Shown one piece after another: positions 9,253 to 18,672 of a stretch of DNA of 64,000 nt (positions are counted from its first letter, which is position 1; each line of letters starts with the position of its first letter). The position numbers were made by a program, and so were the translations under genes. The notes beneath the pieces are model-generated. The model saw only the letters and a program-made list of their open reading frames with translations. It made no database searches and had not been told where the DNA came from. The stretch is taken from NCBI GenBank assembly GCA_001793945.1, contig MGIW01000005.1, positions 57,923 through 121,922 on the forward strand. The letters are read 5' to 3'. This DNA comes from Candidatus Wolfebacteria bacterium RIFOXYD12_FULL_48_21. Its GTDB lineage: Bacteria; Patescibacteriota; Minisyncoccia; UBA6257; UBA9933.

Positions 9253-10181
9253 TGACAGATATGCTATCCACCATATTAGTTTCACTGCCGATATTTCTGA
9301 TTATCTTTGCCGGCTGGCTATTCCAAAAGGCAAAGGTCATGGAGGGGGACTGGGTCCATCAGGCAAATGCATTTGCCTACTACGCGGCCTTGCCAGCGCT
9401 GATCGTGGTCAGTCTGTGGGATATCAATTTTCGAAGTCCCGAGATCATACGGCTTACGCTGGCGAGCCTCGCGAGCATGACGGCATTTTTGGCTGTGTTA
9501 TTTGTGGTGCTTTCGTTGTTTACTGCTATGAAGCGCGACACCAAGGCGGCAATCTTTTTGACTGCGGCAACTGGTAATACGCTCTACATGGGCATTGCAT
9601 TGGTTGAAGTGGGATTCGGGAAAGGGCAGGTGCCGGCGGCGGCCTTGGTCGGGAATATATACCTCATCATCCCGTTGGTACTTTCTATATTGGTCGTGCG
9701 CTATTGGCACACCAAAGACCATGGTATTAAGGATGAACTGATGGCATTTTTAAAAAATCCGCTGGTGTTGTCTGTGGCGCTTGGTATAGCGTTGAGTTTT
9801 GTGCCGGTGGAGCACGCAGCTGTGGCGAGCCTAAAAAAGACCATGCAAATGCTCGGCAGTACATCTTCGCCCGTTGCGTTGTTTGCATTGGGAGGGTTTT
9901 TGTACGGGAAGTTTCTCAAGAAGGACCTGCATATGGTCATGTTTATCACGGCGCTGAAAATGATCGTATTTCCGCTGGTGGTCTTCGGGATATATGCATA
10001 CTTCGCAAAGGGTGTATCTGCGGAGATACCGGTGCTGCTGGCGACTATGCCGGTTGCGGTAACCACATTCGTCATAGCGGAAAAGTTCAAGTTGAACACG
10101 GCGTTGGTGGGTAACGCGATCGTGTTTGCAACACTTATGTCGTTCATAACCGCCCCGATCATATTATTGCTATTTAAATAA
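9252..10181 (+). CDS. AEC family (auxin efflux carrier / malate permease-like) membrane transporter
   Basis: About 10 TM helices. N-terminal LPIFLIIFAGW motif typical of the Mem_trans family. ATG overlaps the GT2 stop (TAATG). Confidence 0.55.
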   Translation: MTDMLSTILVSLPIFLIIFAGWLFQKAKVMEGDWVHQANAFAYYAALPALIVVSLWDINFRSPEIIRLTLASLASMTAFLAVLFVVLSLFTAMKRDTKAAIFLTAATGNTLYMGIALVEVGFGKGQVPAAALVGNIYLIIPLVLSILVVRYWHTKDHGIKDELMAFLKNPLVLSVALGIALSFVPVEHAAVASLKKTMQMLGSTSSPVALFALGGFLYGKFLKKDLHMVMFITALKMIVFPLVVFGIYAYFAKGVSAEIPVLLATMPVAVTTFVIAEKFKLNTALVGNAIVFATLMSFITAPIILLLFK

Positions 10182-10291
10182 ATATGTGTTCGCTGTCATC
10201 CTGAGCGGATCCGTCAGCAGACGGAGGAGCCGAAGGATCTGAAGCAGATTCCTCGGCAAGCTCGGAATGACAAGAGGGTGCAATTAAAACC

Positions 10292-11626
10292 ATGTCCCAT
10301 ATTAAAAACACAAAAAAACTCGCAAAAACCGCACTGCGCAAAAAAGCGTTGCAGATTGTTGAAGCAGGCTACGCTGCCATAGAAATACAAACGGCCATCA
10401 AAAGCCGCATCACGGTGGCCAAGGGCGTATTGACGGTGCGCGTCTTTGATAAAAAAGCGGAAGATGTGCGCATAGACCTGAATGACTATAAGCGGGTGTT
10501 TTTGGTGGGTATCGGAAAGGGCTCCGCTCTGGCAACCGTTGCCGTGGCTCGCGTATTGGGCAAGCACCTGACCAAAGGCATCGCACTGGATGTAGAAAAA
10601 CCGAATTTCAAATTTAAAATTTCAAATTTAAAATTATTGACCGGTACCCATCCGTTGCCGTCTCCGAAAAATGTAGCGGCAACGCAAAAGATCATGCATA
10701 TGGTCCGTGACTTAAATACGGATGATTTGGTGATCGTGTTTATGTGCGGAGGCGGCTCGGCACTGGCTGTTGCATCGGATGATGAGCTGCAGGCATCGAC
10801 GACCGTATTTAAAGAGCTAACCAAGGCGGGTGCAAACATCATCGAGCTGAACACGGTACGCAAGCATGTATCTGATATCAAGGGAGGTAATTTGGCGAAG
10901 GCGATCCATCCGGCAACGCTATTGACCTTGATGGCTTCCGATGTAATCGGGAACGATATGGAAATGATCGCATCGGGTCCGACGATATTGGATACGACCA
11001 CCAAGGCGGGTGCAGAGGCGATCCTGAAAAAATATGGCGTATCGAAAAAAGGTATCTCGTTAAAGGAAACGCCTAAGGAAGGCCGCTATTTTAAAAATGC
11101 AAAAAATGTATTGTTTGTTTCCAATAGTGATGCGGTGCGGGCGATGGCTGATATGGCGAAAAGGCTCGGGCTGAAGGCGAAGGTAAAAACACTTATATTT
11201 GAAGGCGAGGCAAAGCATGCGCTCGTGCCGATCGTACGGACGATCAAAAAAGGGGAGGCGATTTTGTTGGGCGGCGAAACAACGGTAACGCTGAGCGATG
11301 TCCCTGCGGGCAAAAAACCGGGCAAAGGGGGTAGAAATCAGGAAGTTGCGCTGGGGGTGATTGCGGCATGTGAGGCAATGCCGGAAAGGCTTGCCGATAT
11401 CGTGGCGATATCATACGCAAGCGATGGGCATGACAATTCCGACGCTGCAGGGGCAATAGCCGACGGCTATGCGCTAAAGGCGGCAAAGCGGGCGGGGCAA
11501 TCGGCGGGCGAGGCATTGGCATTGCATGCATCCTTTAGTTTCTTTGAAAAGAGCGGGAATTTGATACAGGTAAAGAACAAAAGTTTTAATGTGGCGGACT
11601 TGATGCTCGTAATCCGAGGGGAATAG
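10292..11626 (+). CDS. Glycerate kinase, MOFRL family (glycerate 2-kinase / hydroxypyruvate reductase-like)
   Basis: LVGIGKGSALA. GGETTVTLSD...GKGGRNQEVALG. DGHDNSDAAGA. The last two are characteristic MOFRL motifs. Confidence 0.7.
   Translation: MSHIKNTKKLAKTALRKKALQIVEAGYAAIEIQTAIKSRITVAKGVLTVRVFDKKAEDVRIDLNDYKRVFLVGIGKGSALATVAVARVLGKHLTKGIALDVEKPNFKFKISNLKLLTGTHPLPSPKNVAATQKIMHMVRDLNTDDLVIVFMCGGGSALAVASDDELQASTTVFKELTKAGANIIELNTVRKHVSDIKGGNLAKAIHPATLLTLMASDVIGNDMEMIASGPTILDTTTKAGAEAILKKYGVSKKGISLKETPKEGRYFKNAKNVLFVSNSDAVRAMADMAKRLGLKAKVKTLIFEGEAKHALVPIVRTIKKGEAILLGGETTVTLSDVPAGKKPGKGGRNQEVALGVIAACEAMPERLADIVAISYASDGHDNSDAAGAIADGYALKAAKRAGQSAGEALALHASFSFFEKSGNLIQVKNKSFNVADLMLVIRGE
10605..10636. 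repeat. AT-rich 16-bp tandem motif (AATTTCAAATTTAAAA x2) inside the glycerate kinase CDS
   Basis: Related copies lie in intergenic DNA at 20877-20907, 54113-54147 and 61527-61562. Confidence 0.7.
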
Positions 11627-11770
11627 TGCATGGGGAAACGGTTTATTTTCACGGAAAATGCCGTTTTTACTTTTAGTGGAAAATGGGTATACTTAAGGTA
11701 TGCAATTTAACCTGTTCCCGATGAATTCGTGGGAGGTATCAAGGAAGAAGTTGGGGAACAATAGACTATT

Positions 11771-13294
11771 ATGTATCAAAATCCATTGTTGTGGATCGTT
11801 TTGGTTGTCGGGGGGGCCGTCGGAGGCTACTACGCTCGGCAGGCAATCGGGCTGAAGAAGAAAAATAATATAGAGCAGATCATCGAGCGACAGATCGATG
11901 AAGCAAAGGTAAAGGCAAAGGAAATAGTGCTCGAGGGTCAGGAGCGGGCGTCTGCGCTCGTAGAGGAGGCAAAGCGCGAAGAGCGCGAGCGAAAGAGCCA
12001 AATAGACCGCATGGAAGAGCGGCTCGTAAAGAAAGAGGAATCGTTTGAGCGGGACCTGCACAATGTCCGCACAAAAGAAAATCGGCTCAACGAAGAAGCC
12101 ACGCAGCTGAAGGCAAAGGAAGGTGCGATTGAAGACCTAAAGCGCAAGGCGGAAGATCTGGTGGAAAAAAGCGCCGGACTGACGACGGAGCAGGCGCGCG
12201 AGATCATTATCAAGCGCACGCAGGAAGCGTATCAAAAGGATCTCGTGCAGATGGTACAAAAGTTGGAGCACGAGCGCGTGGAAGAGCTGGAAAAAAAGAG
12301 CCTCGATATTTTAACGACCGCAATCCAGCGATATAGTCGCAGTCATGTAGCAGAAGTGACTACGAGTATTTTTCACCTGCCGAACGAAGATCTGAAAGGA
12401 AAGATCATCGGCCGGGAAGGGCGCAATATCAAAGCCCTTGAGCGTCTGACGGGCGTGGAGTTTATTATCGACGAGGCTCCCGATTACATTGTCATTTCAT
12501 CGTTTGACCCGATGCGCCGCGAGGTCGCGGGGCTGACGCTTGAAAAGTTGTTGAAGGACGGCCGCATTCAGCCGGCGCGCATCGAAGAAAAGGTGGAGGA
12601 GTCAAAGAATGAGCTGACTAAGCGTGCATTTGAGATAGGCGAACAGGCAGCCCATGAGGTAGGCATTTATGACCTCCCGAAGGAATTGATCCAGCTTCTG
12701 GGTCGCCTACATTTCCGCACGAGCTATGGGCAGAACGCGTTGGTGCATTCCATAGAAGCGGCACATTTAGCGGGCATGATCGCATCGGAGCTTGGCATAA
12801 ATGCGGATGTTTCCCGCAAAGCGGCATTGCTGCACGATATTGGCAAGGCGATAGACCATGAGGTCGCGGGAAGCCATGTGGAGCTTGGACAAAAGATATT
12901 GAAGAAATATAACATCAGTGAAAAGGTGATCCAGGCAATGGAATCGCATCATGAGGATTATCCGTTTGCTTCGCCCGAGGCGTATGTCGTTGCGGCGACC
13001 GACGCCTTGTCGGCAGCCCGACCGGGTGCCCGACGCGAGAATATAGACAATTACATTAAGCGTCTTGAGGAGCTTGAAAAGATCGCAGGCGAGTTTAGCG
13101 GCGTGAAGCAGGCTTATGCAATCTCGGCCGGCAGGGAGCTGCGCATTTTCGTAACCCCTGAAAAGATGGACGATTTTGCCGCATTCCAGCTGGCGCATGA
13201 TGTGGCCAATAAGATCGAAGCCGAGTTAAAATACCCCGGCGAAATAAAAGTAGTAGTCATCCGCGAGATGCGAGCCGTCGAATATGCGCGCTAA
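11771..13294 (+). CDS. rny: Ribonuclease Y
   Basis: N-terminal TM, coiled coil, KH domain (GREGRNIKALE) and HD domain (LLHDIGKA). Confidence 0.9.
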   Translation: MYQNPLLWIVLVVGGAVGGYYARQAIGLKKKNNIEQIIERQIDEAKVKAKEIVLEGQERASALVEEAKREERERKSQIDRMEERLVKKEESFERDLHNVRTKENRLNEEATQLKAKEGAIEDLKRKAEDLVEKSAGLTTEQAREIIIKRTQEAYQKDLVQMVQKLEHERVEELEKKSLDILTTAIQRYSRSHVAEVTTSIFHLPNEDLKGKIIGREGRNIKALERLTGVEFIIDEAPDYIVISSFDPMRREVAGLTLEKLLKDGRIQPARIEEKVEESKNELTKRAFEIGEQAAHEVGIYDLPKELIQLLGRLHFRTSYGQNALVHSIEAAHLAGMIASELGINADVSRKAALLHDIGKAIDHEVAGSHVELGQKILKKYNISEKVIQAMESHHEDYPFASPEAYVVAATDALSAARPGARRENIDNYIKRLEELEKIAGEFSGVKQAYAISAGRELRIFVTPEKMDDFAAFQLAHDVANKIEAELKYPGEIKVVVIREMRAVEYAR

Positions 13295-13497
13295 TGCGCG
13301 CATATGACGGCGAAGTCATGAGTGTAATCGAATGGCGCGCAGTAGAGTACGCCCGATAGGGCGGACACTACTGCGCGCCCTGATCCGCCGGCTGGCGGAC
13401 GAATGGGCGAGCTGTCGAATACGCGCGGTAACCAATGACCGATAACCAATAACTCATAACGGGTAACAAAAAGGCGGGACGCAATGCGTCCCGCTTT

Positions 13498-13620
13498 TGT
13501 CATTCCCGTGAAAACGGGAATCCATGTCCTGATTGTAACGCATACTGGATCCCGTATCGGAGTACGGGATGACAATGCGTTTAGCGTGTCATTCCCGTCC
13601 GCCCACTGGCGGAGGAATCC
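13498..13620. repeat. Cluster of palindromic repeat elements in the rny-hup intergenic region
   Basis: tgtcattcccgtgaaaacgggaatccat...gtcattcccgtccgcccactggcggaggaatcc. Confidence 0.75.
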
Positions 13621-13631
13621 ATAACGGAAAT

Positions 13632-13669
13632 AAAAAACGACTCGTCACCATTCGACGAGTTGTTTTTTA
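13632..13669 (+). terminator. Rho-independent terminator
   Basis: aaaaaacgactcgtcaccattcgacgagttgtttttt. Confidence 0.55.
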
Positions 13670-13873
13670 TTCTGCGCTTTGGACTCTAATACACCACTAA
13701 AGTACCGCTATGGTCAATATCCCCCAAAACTATTGTTTACACCGCATAAATACTATATAATTTGACTATAAGTAAATAAGTCAAAGGTCGAGGTAGGAAA
13801 AAGCATTATCCGACAGGTGCGGGGACACGAATTTCGTTGATCCGTAATCAGTTGGGGACATGCGCATTGCTCA

Positions 13874-14149
13874 ATGAACAAAGTAGAATTGATCGACGCA
13901 GTACAGCAGGCAGCCGGCATCGAAATGAAGAAGCAGGCGGTTATGGCTGTAGAAGCGGTATTCGATACCATCACCAAGGCATTGGCACGCGGAGAGGAAG
14001 TTGCGGTTTCCGGTTTCGGAAGCTTCAAAGCCACCAAGCGCGCCGCTCGCATGGGTGTAAACCCGAAGACTGGTGAAAAGATCCAGATCGCGGCATCCAT
14101 CGCGCCGAAGTTCAAGGCTGCAAAGGCCTTCAAGGACGCAGTCAAATGA
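13874..14149 (+). CDS. hup: DNA-binding protein HU
   Basis: MNKVELIDAV...GFGSF...NPKTGE signature. 91 aa. Confidence 0.9.
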   Translation: MNKVELIDAVQQAAGIEMKKQAVMAVEAVFDTITKALARGEEVAVSGFGSFKATKRAARMGVNPKTGEKIQIAASIAPKFKAAKAFKDAVK

Positions 14150-14209
14150 CCCGCATCCAAGGGTCATCCTGATCCGCCAGCCGGCGGATTCAGGATCTCG
14201 TGGCATGAA

Positions 14210-14330
14210 GCATAAACAAAAATACCCCCTTGCCCCGTAGTAGATTTTCGACGGTACTTGCGTACGCTTTCCAAAGGAAAGCGAAGTCGAAAATTCACTA
14301 CAGGGCTTGCGTGGGTATTTTTGTTTATGC
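14210..14330. other. Large imperfect palindrome / structured element (possible ncRNA or regulatory cruciform)
   Basis: The outer 18-bp arms gcataaacaaaaataccc / gggtatttttgtttatgc are perfect complements. The inner arms are partly complementary, with a central hairpin gctttccaaaggaaagc. Confidence 0.5.
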
Positions 14331-14369
14331 CATAATGGATATAGCAAATAATAATAGGGGGAATGAACT

Positions 14370-14870
14370 ATGGCGACAATAAACAGGGAAGTTACGCTGT
14401 GCCTACTGGTAAGGGATGGAAACATCTATTTGGCAAAGAAAAAAAGAGGATTCGGAAAGGATAGATGGAACGGCTACGGCGGGAAGGTCGAATCAGGCGA
14501 GGCAATAAGAGTTGCGGCAATACGCGAATTGCTTGAGGAGACAAATAGCGAGAACGGGCGGGGGGTTGTGGTAGATATTGACCAGCTGGAGCCGGTCGCA
14601 ATTATCGACTTCCATTTTAATCTGAAGCCCGAGTGGAACCAGCGTGCGCATGTGTTCATAGTGCGAGAATGGGGCGGCGAACCGCAGGAGACGGAAGAGA
14701 TGATGCCGGAACGGTTTGCCATCACGGACATTCCATATCATGAGATGTGGCCCGAGGATAGAATATGGTTTCCGCGCATACTTGCAGGCGAACGGTTGCG
14801 GGGAGAAATCGTGTTTAGGGACAACGAAGGAAATGCGGAGCGCATCGAATTCCAGCCCATGGCAGTATGA
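14370..14870 (+). CDS. NUDIX hydrolase
   Basis: Nudix box GGKVESGEAIRVAAIRELLEETN. Confidence 0.8.
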   Translation: MATINREVTLCLLVRDGNIYLAKKKRGFGKDRWNGYGGKVESGEAIRVAAIRELLEETNSENGRGVVVDIDQLEPVAIIDFHFNLKPEWNQRAHVFIVREWGGEPQETEEMMPERFAITDIPYHEMWPEDRIWFPRILAGERLRGEIVFRDNEGNAERIEFQPMAV

Positions 14871-14880
14871 AAAAGCCGCT

Positions 14881-14910
14881 CAATGAAGCGGCCTTTTTTT
14901 ATACCGTATA
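14881..14910 (+). terminator. Rho-independent terminator
   Basis: aaaagccgctcaatgaagcggccttttttt. Confidence 0.65.
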
Positions 14911-14943
14911 CCTTATACTGTATACTCTATACCTGCTACCGAT

Positions 14944-15816
14944 TTACTTCCTGATCCGATCGTTCATCTTGAAGAACAATTCGTACGCGGCTTTAATCTC
15001 TTTGAGTGATTCCTTTGCGAGGTCTCTTACTTGATCTTGTGAATCGATCTCGGCAAGTTCTTCGGCAGGGGATTGCTCCTGCGGTGCGATGGGCTTAAGC
15101 TCTTCGGCTGAGACTTCTTTTTTCGGCTGGAGCGGTGCGACGCTGGTGGTAAAATAGATACCCTTTGCCTTGTCGGTTAGTATTTTCGCATTTTTTAACG
15201 AATGTTCTGCCTGTGTAAGATATTTTTTGAGTGCGTCGGTATTCACAAGTTTCTGCTTGTCCAACTTTTTGATGTCGTTGCCGATCTTAATGGCGCGGAG
15301 TTGCACGACGCCATGTACGGTTTCGGTTTGAATGATAAGGATCAAATTGCCGGTCTCTTTCAGAGCGGGGGTGTAGGTCGTCTCTCTCCACGCTTTCAGG
15401 TCGGTAGCAATGGCTTTGATCTCATCCAAAGAAATATCTTCCTTGGCGAGTCTGGCTTCCAAGCCGGCATAATATTTGCTGGATGTTGCAAGTGTGGCGA
15501 CAAAATGATCGCGCGCCAAAGACCATGCATCGTCGAGCTTGAGGTCGTTCAGCGTGTCGGTAAGGGTCTTGATCTCGTTTTGAGAGGCGGAAATGACCTC
15601 TTTAAGGATGGCCTTGCGCTGTTCTGCGGTAAGGGTTTCTGCTGATTCTTCCTTTGCGATTGCGGTATTGATAAGCGATGCGGTGATTTCCGTGGCTTGT
15701 GCGCTCGGAGCAGACATAAAAAGACCGCCAAATATCGCGATGGCAAAAGAAGAAATAAATAATGTGATTCGTGTGTGTTTCATGGTATTAACGGGATACT
15801 TCATCGAGTATGTCAT
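14944..15816 (-). CDS. Hypothetical secreted coiled-coil protein; last gene of the ECF sigma operon
   Basis: Signal peptide ending AQA. Helical, Lys/Glu-rich. Co-directional with, and overlapping, the upstream anti-sigma-like gene. Confidence 0.4.
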   Translation of the reverse strand: MTYSMKYPVNTMKHTRITLFISSFAIAIFGGLFMSAPSAQATEITASLINTAIAKEESAETLTAEQRKAILKEVISASQNEIKTLTDTLNDLKLDDAWSLARDHFVATLATSSKYYAGLEARLAKEDISLDEIKAIATDLKAWRETTYTPALKETGNLILIIQTETVHGVVQLRAIKIGNDIKKLDKQKLVNTDALKKYLTQAEHSLKNAKILTDKAKGIYFTTSVAPLQPKKEVSAEELKPIAPQEQSPAEELAEIDSQDQVRDLAKESLKEIKAAYELFFKMNDRIRK

Positions 15817-16333
15817 TGATTTGTCGTTCTGCTGATATTTCCGACGAATCGCTTTTGATAAGGAACGCGCCTATGTCAGTAGTTGTCGTTGCGGATGCCG
15901 TATCTGCGGGCGCTGCAAGCATCATAGTTGCAGCAGGAGCAGTAGGGGATTCCGACTTGCTGATCTCTGCGATCTTGGTCAGCGTGGTTTGATTGGAAGT
16001 GTCGAGATAATCGATGGTTTCAAGGGTGACCTCTATGGAAGCATTGATCTCGTCCGCCTCGGCAATCAAGCTGCGATGATTGAGGCCTTCAAGCGCAAGC
16101 GGGGAATAGGTTTCGTTGATGTAGGTGGTGCCGCCAAGGATCATGAATATTCCGATAAGTCCCAAACCGACAATGCTCGAAATGCGGAAAAATGTACTAA
16201 CGCGCAATGCATTGGCGTGCGCCGGTGATTGCTGAGGGGAAGCCAAAATGAGCATTCGGGAATGCTTTGCGTAGTCGGAATCGGGATGAATGTGTTTCAA
16301 CTCCCGTAAAGTTTTGAAAATGTCAGTTTTCAT
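15788..16333 (-). CDS. Putative anti-sigma factor (single-pass membrane protein)
   Basis: About 55-aa cytoplasmic N-terminus, one TM helix (FFRISSIVGLGLIGIFMILGG) and an extracytoplasmic Ser/Thr-rich domain. Sits immediately downstream of the ECF sigma gene. Confidence 0.4.
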   Translation of the reverse strand: MKTDIFKTLRELKHIHPDSDYAKHSRMLILASPQQSPAHANALRVSTFFRISSIVGLGLIGIFMILGGTTYINETYSPLALEGLNHRSLIAEADEINASIEVTLETIDYLDTSNQTTLTKIAEISKSESPTAPAATMMLAAPADTASATTTTDIGAFLIKSDSSEISAERQINDILDEVSR

Positions 16334-16338
16334 GAATG

Positions 16339-16887
16339 CTATGCGTCTTTATTCAATAATGCCTTGAGTTGTTTGATGGCCCGGTGCTGGAGCACGCGAA
16401 CTGTAGTTTCAGGTTTTTTGAGGATGCGGGCCACTTCGGAAGGGCTGAGCTCTTCGATGTACCGCATAATGATGATGTCTTGGTAGTCCTGCTTGAGCTG
16501 CTTTAGAGCCTCCTTTACGGTAGCGACCTGGAATTGGAAATGCACGGCATCTTCGAGGGAAGACTCATGGCGGGGAATATCCGCTTCATGAAGGCCTTCA
16601 ATATCGATGGTGGATTTTTTGGTCCGGTAATGGTCGATGACCTTATTGCGGGCAATTTGGTAGAGCAGGCTCGAAAAAGGGAAGCCTCTGTGTTTATAGC
16701 CTGCTATGTGTTGCCATGCGTTTAAAAAAACATGGTGGGTGATATCCTCGGCTTCCTCACGATGGCTGACCTTAAGATAGACAAAACGATAGATTTGACC
16801 GTGGTATTTATCGTACAGTAGGCCAAAAGCCAAGGTATCACCCCCAATGGCGCGGTCGATTATGGATTTTTCTTCGCCATCTAACAT
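16339..16887 (-). CDS. RNA polymerase sigma-70 factor, ECF subfamily
   Basis: Region 2 (YRFVYLKV...DITHHVFLNAW) and region 4 (LSPSEVARILKKPETTVRVLQHRAIKQLK). Confidence 0.8.
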   Translation of the reverse strand: MLDGEEKSIIDRAIGGDTLAFGLLYDKYHGQIYRFVYLKVSHREEAEDITHHVFLNAWQHIAGYKHRGFPFSSLLYQIARNKVIDHYRTKKSTIDIEGLHEADIPRHESSLEDAVHFQFQVATVKEALKQLKQDYQDIIIMRYIEELSPSEVARILKKPETTVRVLQHRAIKQLKALLNKDA

Positions 16888-17130
16888 ATAGAACGAATAA
16901 AAACCTGTTTAGTTTCAGTCCCTATTCAGAAACCTATAATACCACAAATCCTATTTAAAAGCCATGGGCAGGGCTTCATTCCGGCCTAAGTCTGTCCGCT
17001 ATCTGCCTGTCGGTTGGCAGGTGGCGGACAGTTGGAATCCATATGTCAAAAAATCGCATAAGTTGTCATTCCGGCGGAAGCCGGAATCTATAAAAATCAA
17101 AAAATCGCCGGAGGCGATTTTTCTTCTCTG

Positions 17131-17202
17131 AGCGGTAGACCGGGCTCGAACCGGCGACCTCCTCCTTGGCAAGGAGGCGTTCTACCACTGAACTACTACC
17201 GC
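17131..17202 (-). tRNA. tRNA-Gly (anticodon GCC)
   Basis: Cloverleaf: GCGGTAG acceptor, loop TTGCCAA, T-arm GGTTCGAGCCCGG, discriminator U. Terminator hairpin at 17097-17125. Confidence 0.85.
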
Positions 17203-17263
17203 TTAGTAAAATTGAGTATACTATATGGAAAGAATAATATCAAGATAATTTTTCTTACATTTT

Positions 17264-17292
17264 TGTCATTCCGGCGAAGGCCGGAATCCAGA
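17264..17292. repeat. Minimal palindromic repeat unit
   Basis: tgtcattccggcgaaggccggaatccag. A similar unit lies at 17060-17090. Confidence 0.8.
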
Positions 17293-17392
17293 GGGTGAAT
17301 ATTTAAGTGGATCAAAGATGGAAAAACATAGATCACGGCCGGAGTTTTACCCTGAGCTTGTCGAACGGACCGGGATGACAAACATTCTTAAT

Positions 17393-18571
17393 ATGAAAAT
17401 GTATTGTAAAAAAACCGCATGCGGGGGTCTGCTCGCAGTCGTATTCTTCGCCGGAGTCGCGTTTCCGGGCGGCGCGGCAAAAGCCGCATCGATAGGAGAG
17501 TTAACGGCGCAGATACAGGTGTTGATGGCGCAGGTCATCGAGTTGCAACGCCAATTATCAGCGATGACAGCAGTAACGCCACAATTATCGGTTAATTTGG
17601 CATATGGGATAAAGGGGAGCGCAGAAGTTCAAAAGTTGCAGCAATTTCTTATCCGGCGGGGATATTTAGGAGAAGGGTTTGCCACGGGGAACTTTTTTTC
17701 GTTGACGCGTGACGCCGTGCGTCGATTTCAGCAGGCGAGTGGGCTGCCAGTCACGGGAGTGGCGGACGAAGAAACAGTAAAGGTTATTAACGACCTGTTG
17801 GTGCGGCAGGCGGAAGTGGATCGAATGGAAGCGGGAAGCGAGACATTAACCGTAAAGGTTGCGACATCAACTCCATTGATCGGGCAGGATGCCGTCCTTG
17901 TGGCGGAGCGGCCGGAATATCAGATCGATTCTCGGCCGGCCTACGATCTGGCGGCCATAGAGCAGGCAACCTTTGACATGGTTAATCTGGAGCGGCAAAA
18001 ACAGGGGCTTGGCATACTCCGGTGGAACGAGCAAGTTGCTACGGTGGCGCGTGCGCACAGTAGCGATCAGGCGGGAGATAACGAGGTAATCACAAACCCC
18101 GATGTGGCATGTCTTTACCCATTCATACGGCACGAGGGATTTGTGTTCGGATTCAAATCGGGAGAGCGGTTGGAGCGCTCGGGCGTGCGCTATCGGCTTG
18201 CAGGAGAAAACATTATCATATTGCCGATGACAAAAAATATGATCTATCGGGCGGAGGAAGCGGTGCCTCCTTGTGCTACGACAAAAGAAACAGAGGGGCA
18301 GCAGGGAGAAACGATCGAGGAGGCCCGTATACGCATTAAGGCGATGCTCGATGAGCGAATCGCCCTCATGCGGGGGCAGGAGCAGCTGGACTGGGCAAAT
18401 AGGGAATGGCGGAGCGTGCAAGAGATCGCAAGTGAATCAACGGCCGATTGGATGGCTTCGGAGGGGCATAAGCGAAACATACTGACCGCGGATTTTGAAG
18501 AGGGTGCTATTGGGGCTGCGGTCGTGAATGATTATATTATCCTGACACAGGTCTTTCTTAAAAAACCATGA
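17393..18571 (+). CDS. Secreted protein with peptidoglycan-binding (PG_binding_1) and CAP/YkwD-like domains
   Basis: Signal peptide MKMYCKKTACGGLLAVVFFAG. VQKLQQFLIRRGYL...GLPVTGVADEET (PG-binding). NLERQKQGLGILRWNEQVATVARAHS (CAP). A start at the internal ATG is preferred. Confidence 0.55.
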   Translation: MKMYCKKTACGGLLAVVFFAGVAFPGGAAKAASIGELTAQIQVLMAQVIELQRQLSAMTAVTPQLSVNLAYGIKGSAEVQKLQQFLIRRGYLGEGFATGNFFSLTRDAVRRFQQASGLPVTGVADEETVKVINDLLVRQAEVDRMEAGSETLTVKVATSTPLIGQDAVLVAERPEYQIDSRPAYDLAAIEQATFDMVNLERQKQGLGILRWNEQVATVARAHSSDQAGDNEVITNPDVACLYPFIRHEGFVFGFKSGERLERSGVRYRLAGENIIILPMTKNMIYRAEEAVPPCATTKETEGQQGETIEEARIRIKAMLDERIALMRGQEQLDWANREWRSVQEIASESTADWMASEGHKRNILTADFEEGAIGAAVVNDYIILTQVFLKKP

Positions 18572-18672
18572 GAGCGTGAGGCTTGAGGTTGGAGGTATGA
18601 ATAATAGGGAAAGAGGGTTATAATAAAGCATTCTATCGGAACTCATACCTCCATACTCCTAACGCTAAAAAT

